Part shown: positions 1-9,610 of the stretch, one piece after another
Layout of the letters: each line of letters begins with the position of its first letter
Numbering within the stretch: the stretch's first letter is position 1
Assembly: GCA_965242865.1 (NCBI GenBank)
Contig: CBDETK010000013.1
Span: 448,001 to 512,000, forward strand
Source of the DNA: Candidatus Latescibacterota bacterium
Lineage (GTDB): Bacteria; Latescibacterota; UBA2968; UBA8231
Direction of reading: 5' to 3'
DNA: 64,000 nucleotides
Program-made: the position numbers and the translations under genes
Notes under the pieces: generated by a model
What the model was told of the DNA's origin: nothing
The model's database searches: none
The model's input: only the letters and a program-made list of their open reading frames with translations

Positions 1-522
1 AATGGGGCGGGCCGGTTTGGGCACCGGCTCGGTCGCCGGGGCGATTTTCCAGATAAAGACGACCGGGCCTTCTTCCGCAAAGTGCCGGTCGAGCTGGGCG
101 TCGAAGGCGGCGGCGGTGTCGATGGTATAGACGCGCTGGAGGCCGGCCCCGCGGCAGATTTGCTCGTAGTCGATAAAGGCCGCGCCGGGCACGGGCTGGC
201 TGCCGGTTACTTCGTACGTGCCGTTTTCCGTGATGACGAGGGTTAGATTCGGGGCCGGGCACTGGGCCAAGGTGACGAGGACGCCCAGCGACATGAGCGT
301 GCTGCCGTCGCCGTTGAGGCACAAGACCCGGCGGTCGGGCTGGGCAAGGGCCACGCCCAGCGCAAAATCGGCCGCGTGGCCCATGGCGCTTTCGACGTGG
401 GCAAAGTCGAGCGGGCCGTCGGAGTGCGCGGCCCAAGGCATGGCCACGCTCATGGTGGTGACCACGACTTCGTCCGTGCGCTGGGCGGCCAGTTTTTTGA
501 GGCAGGTGTATTTGTCGAGCAT
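1..522 (-). CDS. Thiamine-diphosphate-binding decarboxylase beta subunit (sulfopyruvate/phosphonopyruvate decarboxylase ComE-like), runs off window start
   Basis: Manual translation from ATG at 522: MLDKYTCLKKLAAQRTDEVVVTTM...SAMGHAADFALGVALAQPDRRVLCLNGDGSTLMSLG...ENGTY, containing the GDG-x(24-27)-N TPP motif; directly downstream of the alpha-type gene. Confidence 0.8.
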   Translation of the reverse strand, partial: MLDKYTCLKKLAAQRTDEVVVTTMSVAMPWAAHSDGPLDFAHVESAMGHAADFALGVALAQPDRRVLCLNGDGSTLMSLGVLVTLAQCPAPNLTLVITENGTYEVTGSQPVPGAAFIDYEQICRGAGLQRVYTIDTAAAFDAQLDRHFAEEGPVVFIWKIAPATEPVPKPARPI

Positions 523-523
523 C

Positions 524-1018
524 TCACGCAGTCTCCGCGACCAGCAACACAGCGGTGGGCAACGAGGTTGCTTGGGCTTGGGCAAAAGCGGCGTCGAGCT
601 GGCCGCTATCGCCATCCGTGTGCATGGCGGTGTAGGGGATGTTCCAAGCCTTGAGGGTCGGCTCGAAAAAGGTGGCGGCCGTATCGACCCGGGGTGCTCC
701 CGGGGCCATGGTCGCATAGCCGCGATAGCCGACGAGCATGACCAGGGGAATGCCCATGTTGTAGGCCGTGCCGCGGAAGGCGTCGCCGGCCTCCAAAAAG
801 CCCGTGTTCTGGATCAGCACCAGCGGATGGGCGCCGCCCAAATACAGGCCGGAGGCCAAGCCGAATGCTTCGCCCTCGCGGCTGGTGAAGATCACTTCGA
901 TGGTGTCGTGGTCCCACAGGCGCTCGTACAGGGCGCACGAGCCATTGTCGGGGACGCCGAGCACGTGCGTGACGCCGTGCCGGTCGAGGGCGGCGATGAT
1001 GTGGGCAGCACTGAGCAC
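524..1018 (-). CDS. TPP enzyme N-terminal (pyrimidine-binding) subunit, ComD-like decarboxylase alpha subunit
   Basis: GVTHVLGVPD...SREGEAFGLASGLYLGG..PLVLIQNTG motif; likely GTG start at 1018 within ORF 524..1303. Confidence 0.8.
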   Translation of the reverse strand: MLSAAHIIAALDRHGVTHVLGVPDNGSCALYERLWDHDTIEVIFTSREGEAFGLASGLYLGGAHPLVLIQNTGFLEAGDAFRGTAYNMGIPLVMLVGYRGYATMAPGAPRVDTAATFFEPTLKAWNIPYTAMHTDGDSGQLDAAFAQAQATSLPTAVLLVAETA

Positions 1019-1022
1019 GGGC

Positions 1023-2219
1023 TTACTCGGCGAAGATCGCACGGGAGGAGATGCCGCTCTGATGGCCTTCCCGCTGGATGCCGCCGATAAACTGGGCGGT
1101 GCGGCCGGCCGGGGCGGTGCCGGCGTAGTACGCGCTGAAGGACTCGTTGAAGGCGGCCAGCGCGGCGCGATTTTGCGCGGAGTCGGCCCCGGCGACGATG
1201 TACGCGTTGTTGAAGACGCCGTCCTCTTTGAGACCGGCACCGCCGGCTTCCCGGATGCGGGCATCGAGCGTGCCGAGCTGCTCGCCGGCCTCGCGACCGC
1301 CAACGGCCGAGAGGTGGACTTCGCGCACGCCGTGGTGGCGCAAGCCCGCCCAAGTGGAGAAGCCGTCCTCGAGCTGGCCGGAGCGCACGATCTCGACTTC
1401 GCCCGACACCACGCGCGGCTGCGGCTCGATGATCCCGTCGAGATTGGGTATCCGCGACACCGGGTAAATCAAGCCGGCCGGGCGGTCGTCGCCGTAGTAC
1501 TCGGCAAAGACTTGGCGGGTGGTCTCGACGCGCTCCCACGTTTGGTCTGGAGCGTCATCTACGGCCACGAGGATCTCCATAAACACGGTCTGCTTTTTGA
1601 AGTCAATGCCTTGTTCGGCAAAGGGCTTGGCGTATTGCTCGTCGAGGATGAAGCGCATTTCTTCGGCCAAGTCGGAGCCGAGCGTGGTGATCGTTTCGCC
1701 GCCGCGCTGGTGCAGGACCGACGCGCCCGAAGGCTGGTGATCGACCCACGTGCCGTAGTCGATGGTGCCGTTGCGGACCGCGACGGTCTCGCCCGCGCAG
1801 GCCTTGATTTGGACCTCGAAGAGCGCGGCCGGATCCGGGAAGCCTTCGGGGTGGGTGAAGCGGGCCATGCGGTTGGAGCGCAGGGGGCCGCCGGTGACAG
1901 CCGCGAGCATGGCCCCGTAGCAGGCGTTGAAGTCGTTTTTGCGCTGGTCGCAGGCGTCGCGGTCGGCCGAAGGGGTGGTCCACAAGACGTCGGTCTTGTA
2001 CACGTCAGACCAGTGGACGCCGCAAATTTTGAGCCCTTGGTTGAGGTTTTCGATGGTGCCGAACCACTCCGAGCCGACGTCGTTGGCGTATTGGGTGCCG
2101 ACGTTGCCCGAAGGCTCAACGAGGCGCACGACGTGGCCGTTGTCGTCGGTGATGAGTACTTCTGTGGGGTTGGAAAAGATGGCGATGGGGTTGTGGCGGA
2201 CGATGTTGACTTGGGCCAT
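1023..2219 (-). CDS. Protein with three tandem divergent RidA/YjgF-like domains
   Basis: ATG 2219 with GAGGAG RBS; three segments resemble the Rid C-terminal pattern (ENLNQGLKICGVHWSDVYKT...FNACY; FAEYYGDDRPAG; FNESFSAYYAGTAPAGRTA). Confidence 0.6.
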   Translation of the reverse strand: MAQVNIVRHNPIAIFSNPTEVLITDDNGHVVRLVEPSGNVGTQYANDVGSEWFGTIENLNQGLKICGVHWSDVYKTDVLWTTPSADRDACDQRKNDFNACYGAMLAAVTGGPLRSNRMARFTHPEGFPDPAALFEVQIKACAGETVAVRNGTIDYGTWVDHQPSGASVLHQRGGETITTLGSDLAEEMRFILDEQYAKPFAEQGIDFKKQTVFMEILVAVDDAPDQTWERVETTRQVFAEYYGDDRPAGLIYPVSRIPNLDGIIEPQPRVVSGEVEIVRSGQLEDGFSTWAGLRHHGVREVHLSAVGGREAGEQLGTLDARIREAGGAGLKEDGVFNNAYIVAGADSAQNRAALAAFNESFSAYYAGTAPAGRTAQFIGGIQREGHQSGISSRAIFAE

Positions 2220-2313
2220 GAGCTCCTCGGTCGATTTTGTGGTTGTGAAGGGTTGCCGCGAATTATAGTGCAGAAAATACGCGGTTGGCCGACGATAGAC
2301 AAGGGAGGAGCGA

Positions 2314-2994
2314 ATGCCTACCTGCGCGGTACTCTTTGCCAAAAAACCAGCCCCCGGAGCGGTCAAAACCCGGCTCCACAGCCATCTGAGCGCCTCCCAA
2401 GCCGCCCGCCTGTACGAGGCCCTGCTGCTCGATTGCGCCACGGCGCTCGCTGCGACCGAGGCCGACGCCAAGGTCGTGGCCTTTGCCCCGGCCCATGCCG
2501 AAAACGCCCTGCGCACCCTGCTGGCCCGGATTGGCCGCTTCGAGTACGTGCCGCAGATGGAAGCCGACCTAGGGCAGCGGATGGAGGCCCTGATGCAGTG
2601 GGCCTTTGCACAGGGGGCCGAGCGAGTGGTGCTCATCGGCTCAGACAGCCCTTCGCTGCCGGCCGCGTACATCGACGAGGGGCTGGCGCTCTTGCGCGAG
2701 CGGGAAGTGGTCTTAGGCCCGAGCACGGACGGCGGCTACTACTTGGTGGGCCGGCAAAGGGGGGATAGCCGGATATTCCAAGACGTGGCTTGGAGCACCG
2801 GGATGGTGCTGGAGCAAACCCTAGCGCGCTTGGGGACCCAGACCCTCGGCCTGCTGCCGCCTTGGTACGACGTGGATACGCCGGCTGAGGCCGGGTTCCT
2901 AAAGGTCCATCTCGAAGCGTTGGCGCGGGCGGGCCAACCCCAAGGGCGGCACAGCTTGGCCGTGCTGCGCGACCTCGCGCTGCCGCGCCCCTAG
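2314..2994 (+). CDS. DUF2064/TIGR04282-type glycosyltransferase-like (CofC-like) protein
   Basis: FAKKPAPGAVKTRL, DLGQRM, IGSDSPSL, LGPSTDGGYYLVG, WYDVDT motifs; GGAGG RBS. Confidence 0.85.
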   Translation: MPTCAVLFAKKPAPGAVKTRLHSHLSASQAARLYEALLLDCATALAATEADAKVVAFAPAHAENALRTLLARIGRFEYVPQMEADLGQRMEALMQWAFAQGAERVVLIGSDSPSLPAAYIDEGLALLREREVVLGPSTDGGYYLVGRQRGDSRIFQDVAWSTGMVLEQTLARLGTQTLGLLPPWYDVDTPAEAGFLKVHLEALARAGQPQGRHSLAVLRDLALPRP

Positions 2995-3503
2995 TCGGCG
3001 GCGCGGCGGAACAAGGCTTCCCAGCGGTCGAGTTCGCCCGGGTCGAGGGACGGGTGGGCTTCCGTGCCGTCGCAAGTGGACGCCGGGGTGTGCGGTGCTT
3101 GCACGGGTGCGGTGAGTTCGTCGAGAAAATCCTCCGAGCAGGTCGCGCGGATCCGGTGGCGTGCGGCACTGCGCTGCACGGCGCGGTCCGAGCTGATGAC
3201 CCGCAGCCACTTGGCGCCGTGTTTTTTTGCCACAGCTTGCGCGATCAGGTCGTCGGCCTGCTGAGGGTAGCGCGAAAATTCTATGGTGAGATATGGGCTG
3301 CTCGCGTCGACCGCCCGGGGCGCGGCGCGGGTGCCGTCGTAGTACAGGGTAATGTCCTTGCCGGCGCGGCGGCCGTAGGCGGCGAGGTCCTGCTGCAAGC
3401 GACAACGCGCCTGTTTTAGCTCGTCGCCGCGGCCTTGGAACAGCCCGCTCGATTTGATGAGGTTGTAGCCGTCGATGAGCAGATGCTCTCTTTGGGGGTC
3501 CAT
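2991..3503 (-). CDS. NYN/YacP-like PIN-fold domain protein
   Basis: LLIDGYNL, YYDG, ADDLI, VISSDR acidic PIN-type motifs. Confidence 0.8.
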   Translation of the reverse strand: MDPQREHLLIDGYNLIKSSGLFQGRGDELKQARCRLQQDLAAYGRRAGKDITLYYDGTRAAPRAVDASSPYLTIEFSRYPQQADDLIAQAVAKKHGAKWLRVISSDRAVQRSAARHRIRATCSEDFLDELTAPVQAPHTPASTCDGTEAHPSLDPGELDRWEALFRRAAD

Positions 3504-3513
3504 GGCGCTGTTC

Positions 3514-5361
3514 TCAGGTGAGTTGGATACCTTGGGCGTTTAGCTGATAGGAGACCACGCTGCTTTTGGCAAAGGCCGCGCGTTGGCGCAACTTGTCGAG
3601 CCGCACGCGCAACGCGGCCGCTTGCCCCTCGGCCGCGATGAGGAGCGCAAAGCCACCGCCGCCGGCTCCGGTGATGAGCCCGCCCTCGGTCAGGTCGGTG
3701 ATCTGTGGGTTTTCAAACAGGTGTTGCAAGTCGTGGTTGGTGGCTTGGGGGTCGAGGATACAGCGCAACTGCCAGTAGCGGTCGGCCAGCCGCCCCAAAT
3801 CGGCGTATTCGCCCGCACCCAGCGCGGCCACCATGTCGTCGTGAATGGCCAGTGACTCGCGGATGGCCGCATAGCGCTGGCGATCCCGCGACAGATAGAC
3901 ATCGAGAACGACGTTGAGGCCGCGGGTAGCCGAGCGCGAGACCCCGGTGTCGAAGAGCACGACCCGCTCGGCGAACAAGCGCTCATCGACCTCGGTGAGG
4001 AATGTGCGCTCGGGCGCGGGCAGGCCATCGGTCGGGGGTGCGTAGAAGTTCTTGATGGCCGAAGGGCCGCCGCTGGCGCCGCGCGCATCCTGCCAACCGC
4101 TGTTGAGGCCGAGGCTTTGTTCGAGCAGGAGGCTTTGGTCGTAGAGGTTGGGGTACTCGCACACCGGCGCGGCATAGGGGTGGCCGGAGAGGTGGTAGAG
4201 CATTTTGAGGATGGCCGCGGACAAAATGCCGCTGGTTCCTAGCCCCGACCCTTGGGGCACCTTGCTACGGGTGGTGATTGCCAAACCGCCACCGCCGGTA
4301 AAGGCGGCGATGTCTTGGATGACGTCCGGGGAGTTGGGCCGGACGATGCCGGCGTGGACCAGCCCTTGCTTGACCAAGCGCAGGGCTTCGTCGCCGCTGC
4401 GGCGGTAGGCAAAAAACAGCTCGCTGACGGTCGCGGCCGAGCTGTGCTTGTTGGCCTCAAAGTCGGCCTTGAAGTCCCGAGAGCGGGAGCGGAGGATGAG
4501 CTGGGGTTCGGCCAGCCGCCGAGCGATAACCTCCAACGGCGGTTGGGCGCGCTCTTGCTCGCCCTGTTGCAGGTTGACGGCGATGTTGAGCGTCTTGCCG
4601 CCCTGTTCCTTGCTGCGTAGGTAATTGTCCGAGGCATTGGCACTGGAGATGCCCAAGCGCAGGGGGGCTTGGATGCAAAAGGTTTGCTCGTAGGCCGCTT
4701 CGAGCATCCGCGGCCTAGCGGTGCGGCCCCGGTCGTCAAGGGCGGCCAAGCTGCGCTGGAGGTCCAGGCTCTGCAGCGGGTTGATCCGCGCCTCGTAGGC
4801 CGCGGCGAGCGCGTCGAGGTCCTTGGCTTCTTTGAGCTGGACGAGGGCTGGGCTGTCGAGGCAGCAGGGCGGCAGCGTACGCCGCCAGAGCCGCGACTCA
4901 GCCGCGAGCAGCCGGTAGATGTCGGCCATGATGCGCGCGACGCGTATGCCGCGCATGCCGCGGACCGCTGCATCGCATTCTTCGAGGTACGCGTTGAGGC
5001 GTTTGAGCACCTGCAACAGGGCCTTGGCGGATTGCGACGGCCGCAGCCGCAGCAGTTCGCGGTGATCGAGATCGACCAAACCATCGACTAAATCGACCAG
5101 TAGCTGGGGCAGCTCTTTTTCGACCGCGTCGCCGAAGAGTGCGTCCCACTCGCGGGGCGTGGTGGCCGCTAGGAGCGCGTCAATGGCGGCCGGCGTCTCT
5201 AGGCTGGACAAAAGCGCTCGGTTGAAGAGCAGGGCGCGGAGGAAGCGGTGCTTTTCTGCGGGTTTGCCGCCAGCCCGCGCCCCAGCGAGGATGGGGTCGA
5301 TGAGCGATTGGACTTCGCGCAAATCAGCGGCTTGTTCGAGACGTGCGAGGAATGCTTGCAT
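3514..5361 (-). CDS. GHMP-family sugar kinase (fucokinase/HddA-like) with unknown N-terminal helical region
   Basis: VPQGSGLGTSG ATP motif, GWQD, TGAGGGG; likely ATG 5361. Confidence 0.75.
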   Translation of the reverse strand: MQAFLARLEQAADLREVQSLIDPILAGARAGGKPAEKHRFLRALLFNRALLSSLETPAAIDALLAATTPREWDALFGDAVEKELPQLLVDLVDGLVDLDHRELLRLRPSQSAKALLQVLKRLNAYLEECDAAVRGMRGIRVARIMADIYRLLAAESRLWRRTLPPCCLDSPALVQLKEAKDLDALAAAYEARINPLQSLDLQRSLAALDDRGRTARPRMLEAAYEQTFCIQAPLRLGISSANASDNYLRSKEQGGKTLNIAVNLQQGEQERAQPPLEVIARRLAEPQLILRSRSRDFKADFEANKHSSAATVSELFFAYRRSGDEALRLVKQGLVHAGIVRPNSPDVIQDIAAFTGGGGLAITTRSKVPQGSGLGTSGILSAAILKMLYHLSGHPYAAPVCEYPNLYDQSLLLEQSLGLNSGWQDARGASGGPSAIKNFYAPPTDGLPAPERTFLTEVDERLFAERVVLFDTGVSRSATRGLNVVLDVYLSRDRQRYAAIRESLAIHDDMVAALGAGEYADLGRLADRYWQLRCILDPQATNHDLQHLFENPQITDLTEGGLITGAGGGGFALLIAAEGQAAALRVRLDKLRQRAAFAKSSVVSYQLNAQGIQLT

Positions 5362-5417
5362 GCGGCTCAGGGGGCGAGGGTGGGCTGAAAATTTACGCAA
5401 AAAACGCCCAGCGCGCA

Positions 5418-6011
5418 TTAGCGGGGAGCGGCTGCGGGCATTCGCTCGCCGGCTTCTACGGCAAAGTCGAGGTGGTTTTGTCGCGGGGGCAGCGGGCAAA
5501 TATAGGTGGGATTGTACGCGCAGTATGGATTGTACGCGTTGTTGAAATCAACGACATACATGCCATCGTCCGCCCGCGTCAGGTGCGCGTAGCGCCCGCC
5601 CTCATACGTGGTATGCCCGTTGGTTAGGTCCTTGAAGAAGACTTCCGCTTCGCCGGTTTGCAGGCTGCGGTACACCTCCAGCCAAAAATTTCTCTCGCCT
5701 AAGGCCGCCACAAAGCGCCCCAATCGCTCAAACTCGGTGGTCGTGCCGTCGGTATTGGGGATTTCGACGATGCGCTGGCGGCCGTACACGTGCAGCTCGC
5801 CCCTCAGGCGATAGCGCAGGTCAATGGGATAGTACGCGAGCGGCTCAAAGCGGGCGCGCTGGGCGGGCAGCAGCGGCGAATCCTCGCTTTTGAGCAGGCT
5901 ATCTTTGGCGGCGCGGAGTGCTTTGATCTGGGCGCGGATGGCGTCGTCGGCCGAGGCCGGGCCAAGGGACAGGCATAGCAAGCCGGCGATAATGAACAGG
6001 CTCACAGGCAT
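5418..6011 (-). CDS. DUF1684 family exported protein
   Basis: Signal peptide; FKDLTNGHTTYEGGRY and DFNNAYNPYCAYNPTYICPLPPRQNHL motifs. Confidence 0.9.
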   Translation of the reverse strand: MPVSLFIIAGLLCLSLGPASADDAIRAQIKALRAAKDSLLKSEDSPLLPAQRARFEPLAYYPIDLRYRLRGELHVYGRQRIVEIPNTDGTTTEFERLGRFVAALGERNFWLEVYRSLQTGEAEVFFKDLTNGHTTYEGGRYAHLTRADDGMYVVDFNNAYNPYCAYNPTYICPLPPRQNHLDFAVEAGERMPAAAPR

Positions 6012-6100
6012 GACAGTATTTTAGCGTCAACCTGCCGCCGCATCAATTGTCCCGCTTCTCTGGCCGCCCTACATTTTCGCGCCCAACCGGAGGAAAATCC

Positions 6101-6976
6101 ATGTGTTTGCAGGACCGCGGAGGGAGTTCGGGCATTTTTGCCGCGGATGACGCGGGTTGGTCCATCGTCGCAGCGAGTCGCGTCCGGGGAAGGTCGCGGT
6201 TGACGTCCTGCTTGGCCGTCGCGCCGCTGAAGATCCTCAGCCCCCAAGCCGAGGCCGATTACAGCACGGCCGTGCTTTCGAGCTATGGCGGCGGCTTGGT
6301 GGCCGGCGACTGCGTCCGGCTGCGCGTGCATTGCGGCCGAGCGGCCAAGCTCTTTTTGGGCACCCAGGCCTTTACCAAAGTGTACAAGGCCGCCGACGGG
6401 CAGGTTGCGCGGCAGGAGCTGGCCGGGCGCGTTGAAGCCGGTGCTTGCGTAGTATCGCTGCCCGACCCGGTGGTGCCCTATGCCGACAGCGCCTTTGTGC
6501 AGGAGCAGGTCTGGCATCTGGACGCAAAAGCCTCGCTAATTTTGCTCGATGGCGGCACGGCCGGCCGCGGCGCACGCGGCGAGCGGTTCCACTACCGCTC
6601 TTATACCTCTAATATATCCATCTACTTGGAAAGCGAACTCGTGTTGGCTGAACGCTTGCGTTGGCAGCCCCAGCGGCAGCGCCCCGACCGCGTTGGAGCT
6701 TTTGGCCCATACACTGCATTCGCCAACGCCTTTATCGTCGGCGCTCCAGCGCGTGCTGCTGTCGAGGAAGTGCTGCGCCGGATCCTCGCGCCGCTGCTCG
6801 CCGATCAGCGGAGTGGGGCCACGTTGGTTTCGCTCGCCGAACCTCGTCCCGGCGTGCTCGCGCTCCGCGCCTTGGGGCGTACCTATGGCGATCTAGAGGA
6901 GGTCTTGCACGCGCTCGCCACGGCCGTAGCGCTCCCCCAAGTCCTAGGCGAAAATCCACTGCGCCGAAAGCATTGA
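6101..6976 (+). CDS. ureD: Urease accessory protein UreD
   Basis: YGGGLVAGD, LGTQAFTKVYK, PDPVVPYADS motifs; GGAGG RBS before ATG 6101; next to the urease cluster. Confidence 0.85.
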   Translation: MCLQDRGGSSGIFAADDAGWSIVAASRVRGRSRLTSCLAVAPLKILSPQAEADYSTAVLSSYGGGLVAGDCVRLRVHCGRAAKLFLGTQAFTKVYKAADGQVARQELAGRVEAGACVVSLPDPVVPYADSAFVQEQVWHLDAKASLILLDGGTAGRGARGERFHYRSYTSNISIYLESELVLAERLRWQPQRQRPDRVGAFGPYTAFANAFIVGAPARAAVEEVLRRILAPLLADQRSGATLVSLAEPRPGVLALRALGRTYGDLEEVLHALATAVALPQVLGENPLRRKH

Positions 6977-7290
6977 TCGCTTGGGCCGCAACCCCGCGAA
7001 ACACCACATTTTTGTCTTTTTTGAGTACTCTCCCTAGCCGCAGAGTGCGGCGGATGGTGGATTCGTTCCACCGCGAGGCCGCTAAAAACGACATATATGT
7101 CTCTTGTAAATTCGCAAAGCAACATTCTTGTCGTCATTCAACGGAAAAACCAAGCGGTCAAATCGCCAAAAATGCCATTTACGTAAAAAAATAAACAAAA
7201 TTACAAATCGCGTATCTCTTTGTTACATAAAGACATAACACCAAAAATGTTCCCTACCCGTTCCGCACTGGGCGACTGCAGCGGCCGTGC

Positions 7291-7306
7291 TGGTATCCTT
7301 TTTGCA
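7291..7306 (+). promoter_or_regulatory. Putative sigma54 (-24/-12) promoter of urtA
   Basis: TGGTATCCTTTTTGCA with exact GG-N10-GC spacing about 55 bp before urtA, after an AT-rich tract. Confidence 0.65.
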
Positions 7307-7359
7307 ATAAGGGTGCAGACGTTCAAACCCTTTAACACCATAACTTTCGGAGGGATTCA

Positions 7360-8622
7360 ATGGCAAGACTAAGTACGTTCTGGATTGCATTTGTCGCCTT
7401 GGGGCTAACGTGCTCAAGTGCGCGGGCGCAGGAGACGGTCAAAATAGGCGTCCTGCATTCGCTCAGCGGCACAATGGCTATCTCGGAGGTGTCGCTGCGC
7501 GATGCCGTGCTGATGGCGGTCGAGGAAATCAATTCCAACGGCGGCGTGCTGGGCCGCAACATGGAGCCGGTGGTCGTCGATCCGGCGTCCGACTGGGATT
7601 TGTTCGCTGAAAAGTCCAAGGAACTGTTGCTGGAGCACGAGGTGGCGTCCGTGTTTGGCTGCTGGACCTCGGTGTCGCGCAAGTCGGTGTTGCCGGTCTT
7701 TGAAGAAAACAACGGGCTGCTGTTCTATCCGGTTCAGTACGAGGGCGAAGAGTGCTCGCGCAACATCATCTATACCGGGGCCACGCCCAACCAGCAGTTG
7801 ATTCCAGCGGCTCAGTATCTGATGAGCGAGGAAGGCGGCGGGTACGAGAAATTCTACCTGCTCGGCACGGATTACGTGTTCCCGCGCACGGCCAACAAAA
7901 TCCTGCGGGCCTACCTGCTCGACCAAGGAGTGCCCGAAGCGAACATCATGGAGGAGTACACGCCCTTCCACCATCAGGATTACCAGACCATCGTGCAGAA
8001 GATCAAGAGTTTCGCCGCCGATGGTACGGCCGCGGTCTTGAGCACGATCAACGGCGATTCCAACGTGCCCTTTTACAAGGAATTCGCCAATCAGGGGCTG
8101 ACCTCGGCGATGTGCCCGATCATGGCCTTTTCAGTGGCCGAAGACGAACTGCGGGCCATGGACACCGAGTTTCTGGTCGGCCACTTGGCGGCTTGGAACT
8201 ACTTCCAATCGGTCGCTACCCAAGAAAACCGGGCTTTCGTCAAGCGCTTCAAGCAGTACTGCGAGGCCAACGACTTGCCCGGCGGCCTAATGCGCGTCAC
8301 CGACGATCCGATTCTCTGGGCCTATACTGGGGTCTATCTGTGGAAAGGTGCGGTCGAAAAAGCCGGTTCCTTTGACGTGGAAAAGGTGCGGCCGGCGCTC
8401 TATGGGCTGACGTTTGCTTCGCCGGGCGGCCCAGTGATGATGGACGAGCGCAATCACCATCTGCACAAGCCCGTCTATATCGGCGAGATCAAAAAGAACG
8501 GCCAGTTCAAGATCGTCTATGAATCGGATGGCCTCGTGGCCCCGGATCCGTGGGACGATATCACCAGTGCGGACAAGGACTGCGACCACGTCAATCACTT
8601 GGGTACTTATACCCTAGAGTAA
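7360..8622 (+). CDS. urtA: Urea ABC transporter substrate-binding protein
   Basis: KIGVLHSLSGTMAISE, FGCWTSVSRKSVLPVFE, YPVQYEGEE, LLGTDYVFPRTAN. Confidence 0.95.
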   Translation: MARLSTFWIAFVALGLTCSSARAQETVKIGVLHSLSGTMAISEVSLRDAVLMAVEEINSNGGVLGRNMEPVVVDPASDWDLFAEKSKELLLEHEVASVFGCWTSVSRKSVLPVFEENNGLLFYPVQYEGEECSRNIIYTGATPNQQLIPAAQYLMSEEGGGYEKFYLLGTDYVFPRTANKILRAYLLDQGVPEANIMEEYTPFHHQDYQTIVQKIKSFAADGTAAVLSTINGDSNVPFYKEFANQGLTSAMCPIMAFSVAEDELRAMDTEFLVGHLAAWNYFQSVATQENRAFVKRFKQYCEANDLPGGLMRVTDDPILWAYTGVYLWKGAVEKAGSFDVEKVRPALYGLTFASPGGPVMMDERNHHLHKPVYIGEIKKNGQFKIVYESDGLVAPDPWDDITSADKDCDHVNHLGTYTLE

Positions 8623-8653
8623 TACTTTACCTAGCGCAGAAGGAAACAAACCG

Positions 8654-9604
8654 ATGAACGAGAAAGTAAAAGTTGCAGCACTCGCACTGGCGATTTTTGC
8701 CGCCCAGCCGGCCGCCGCCGAGGTCAAATTCTCTGGGTTTGTCGATATGAGCGTGTTCAGCGACGATGGCAACGCGAGCATGTCGCTGGACCAGTTCGAG
8801 TTGGACGTCTCGACAGACCTCGGGGGCGGGGTCTCCATGCGGGCCGATGTCAATGCCCTGGGGCCTACCGCTCCGGTCGAGCTAGAGCAGGCCTTCATCA
8901 CGTACAACCCTGGCGCGGGCTTGGCCCTAACGGTGGGCAAGTTTCTTAGCTGCACCGGCTTTGAAGCGGCCGAACCCACGGGGTTATATCAGTATTCGCA
9001 TTCTGCCACCTTGGTGTACGGCGGCTATCAGAATGGGATCGCGGCCTCCTACGGCTCGGATACGTTCGGCCTGTATGGGGCGGTTATTGCCAGCGTCTGG
9101 GACGGCGCGAAAACGGGTTTCTCTGGCGATGATTTCGGCATAGAGGTCCAAGCAACGCTCACTCCCATCAGCGGCTTGACCGCCAAAGCCGCGCTCGCAT
9201 GGGAGGACGGTTTTGAGCACGCGACCCAGACCGCGCCCTTTGACCGGGCACTGCTCAACATCTGGGCGGCCTACGAGACCGGCCCGCTGACCTTGGCCGT
9301 TGAACTGAACGGACTGGGCAACTGGGAAGGCGGTGCTATGCTTTACGAATCCGGTGCGGGGCTGCTGGCGATGGCCAATTATGGGATCAGCGACAAAGTG
9401 GGCGTGACTGGCCGAATTTCCGGGATGGCCTTGACGGATGCCGTCGTCGAAGACGCGGGCGATTACGAGGTCAGCGAATTCACCATCGCCCCGAGCTACG
9501 CGGTCTCGGACAACTGGAGCCTTATCGGCGAGGTAAAGATGCTCACCGTGGGCGACGCCGACGCCGTAGCGCAGCTCGCGCTGGAGTCGCTGCTGACGTT
9601 TTAG
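8654..9604 (+). CDS. Outer-membrane beta-barrel porin within the urt operon
   Basis: Signal peptide, alternating beta-strand pattern, LEQAFITY/VGKF motif, C-terminal Phe. Confidence 0.75.
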   Translation: MNEKVKVAALALAIFAAQPAAAEVKFSGFVDMSVFSDDGNASMSLDQFELDVSTDLGGGVSMRADVNALGPTAPVELEQAFITYNPGAGLALTVGKFLSCTGFEAAEPTGLYQYSHSATLVYGGYQNGIAASYGSDTFGLYGAVIASVWDGAKTGFSGDDFGIEVQATLTPISGLTAKAALAWEDGFEHATQTAPFDRALLNIWAAYETGPLTLAVELNGLGNWEGGAMLYESGAGLLAMANYGISDKVGVTGRISGMALTDAVVEDAGDYEVSEFTIAPSYAVSDNWSLIGEVKMLTVGDADAVAQLALESLLTF

Positions 9605-9610
9605 GTAAGT

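Noticed and set aside
768-2768. 666-aa plus-strand ORF
   Set aside because: Antisense shadow of the minus-strand genes in high-GC DNA; no motifs
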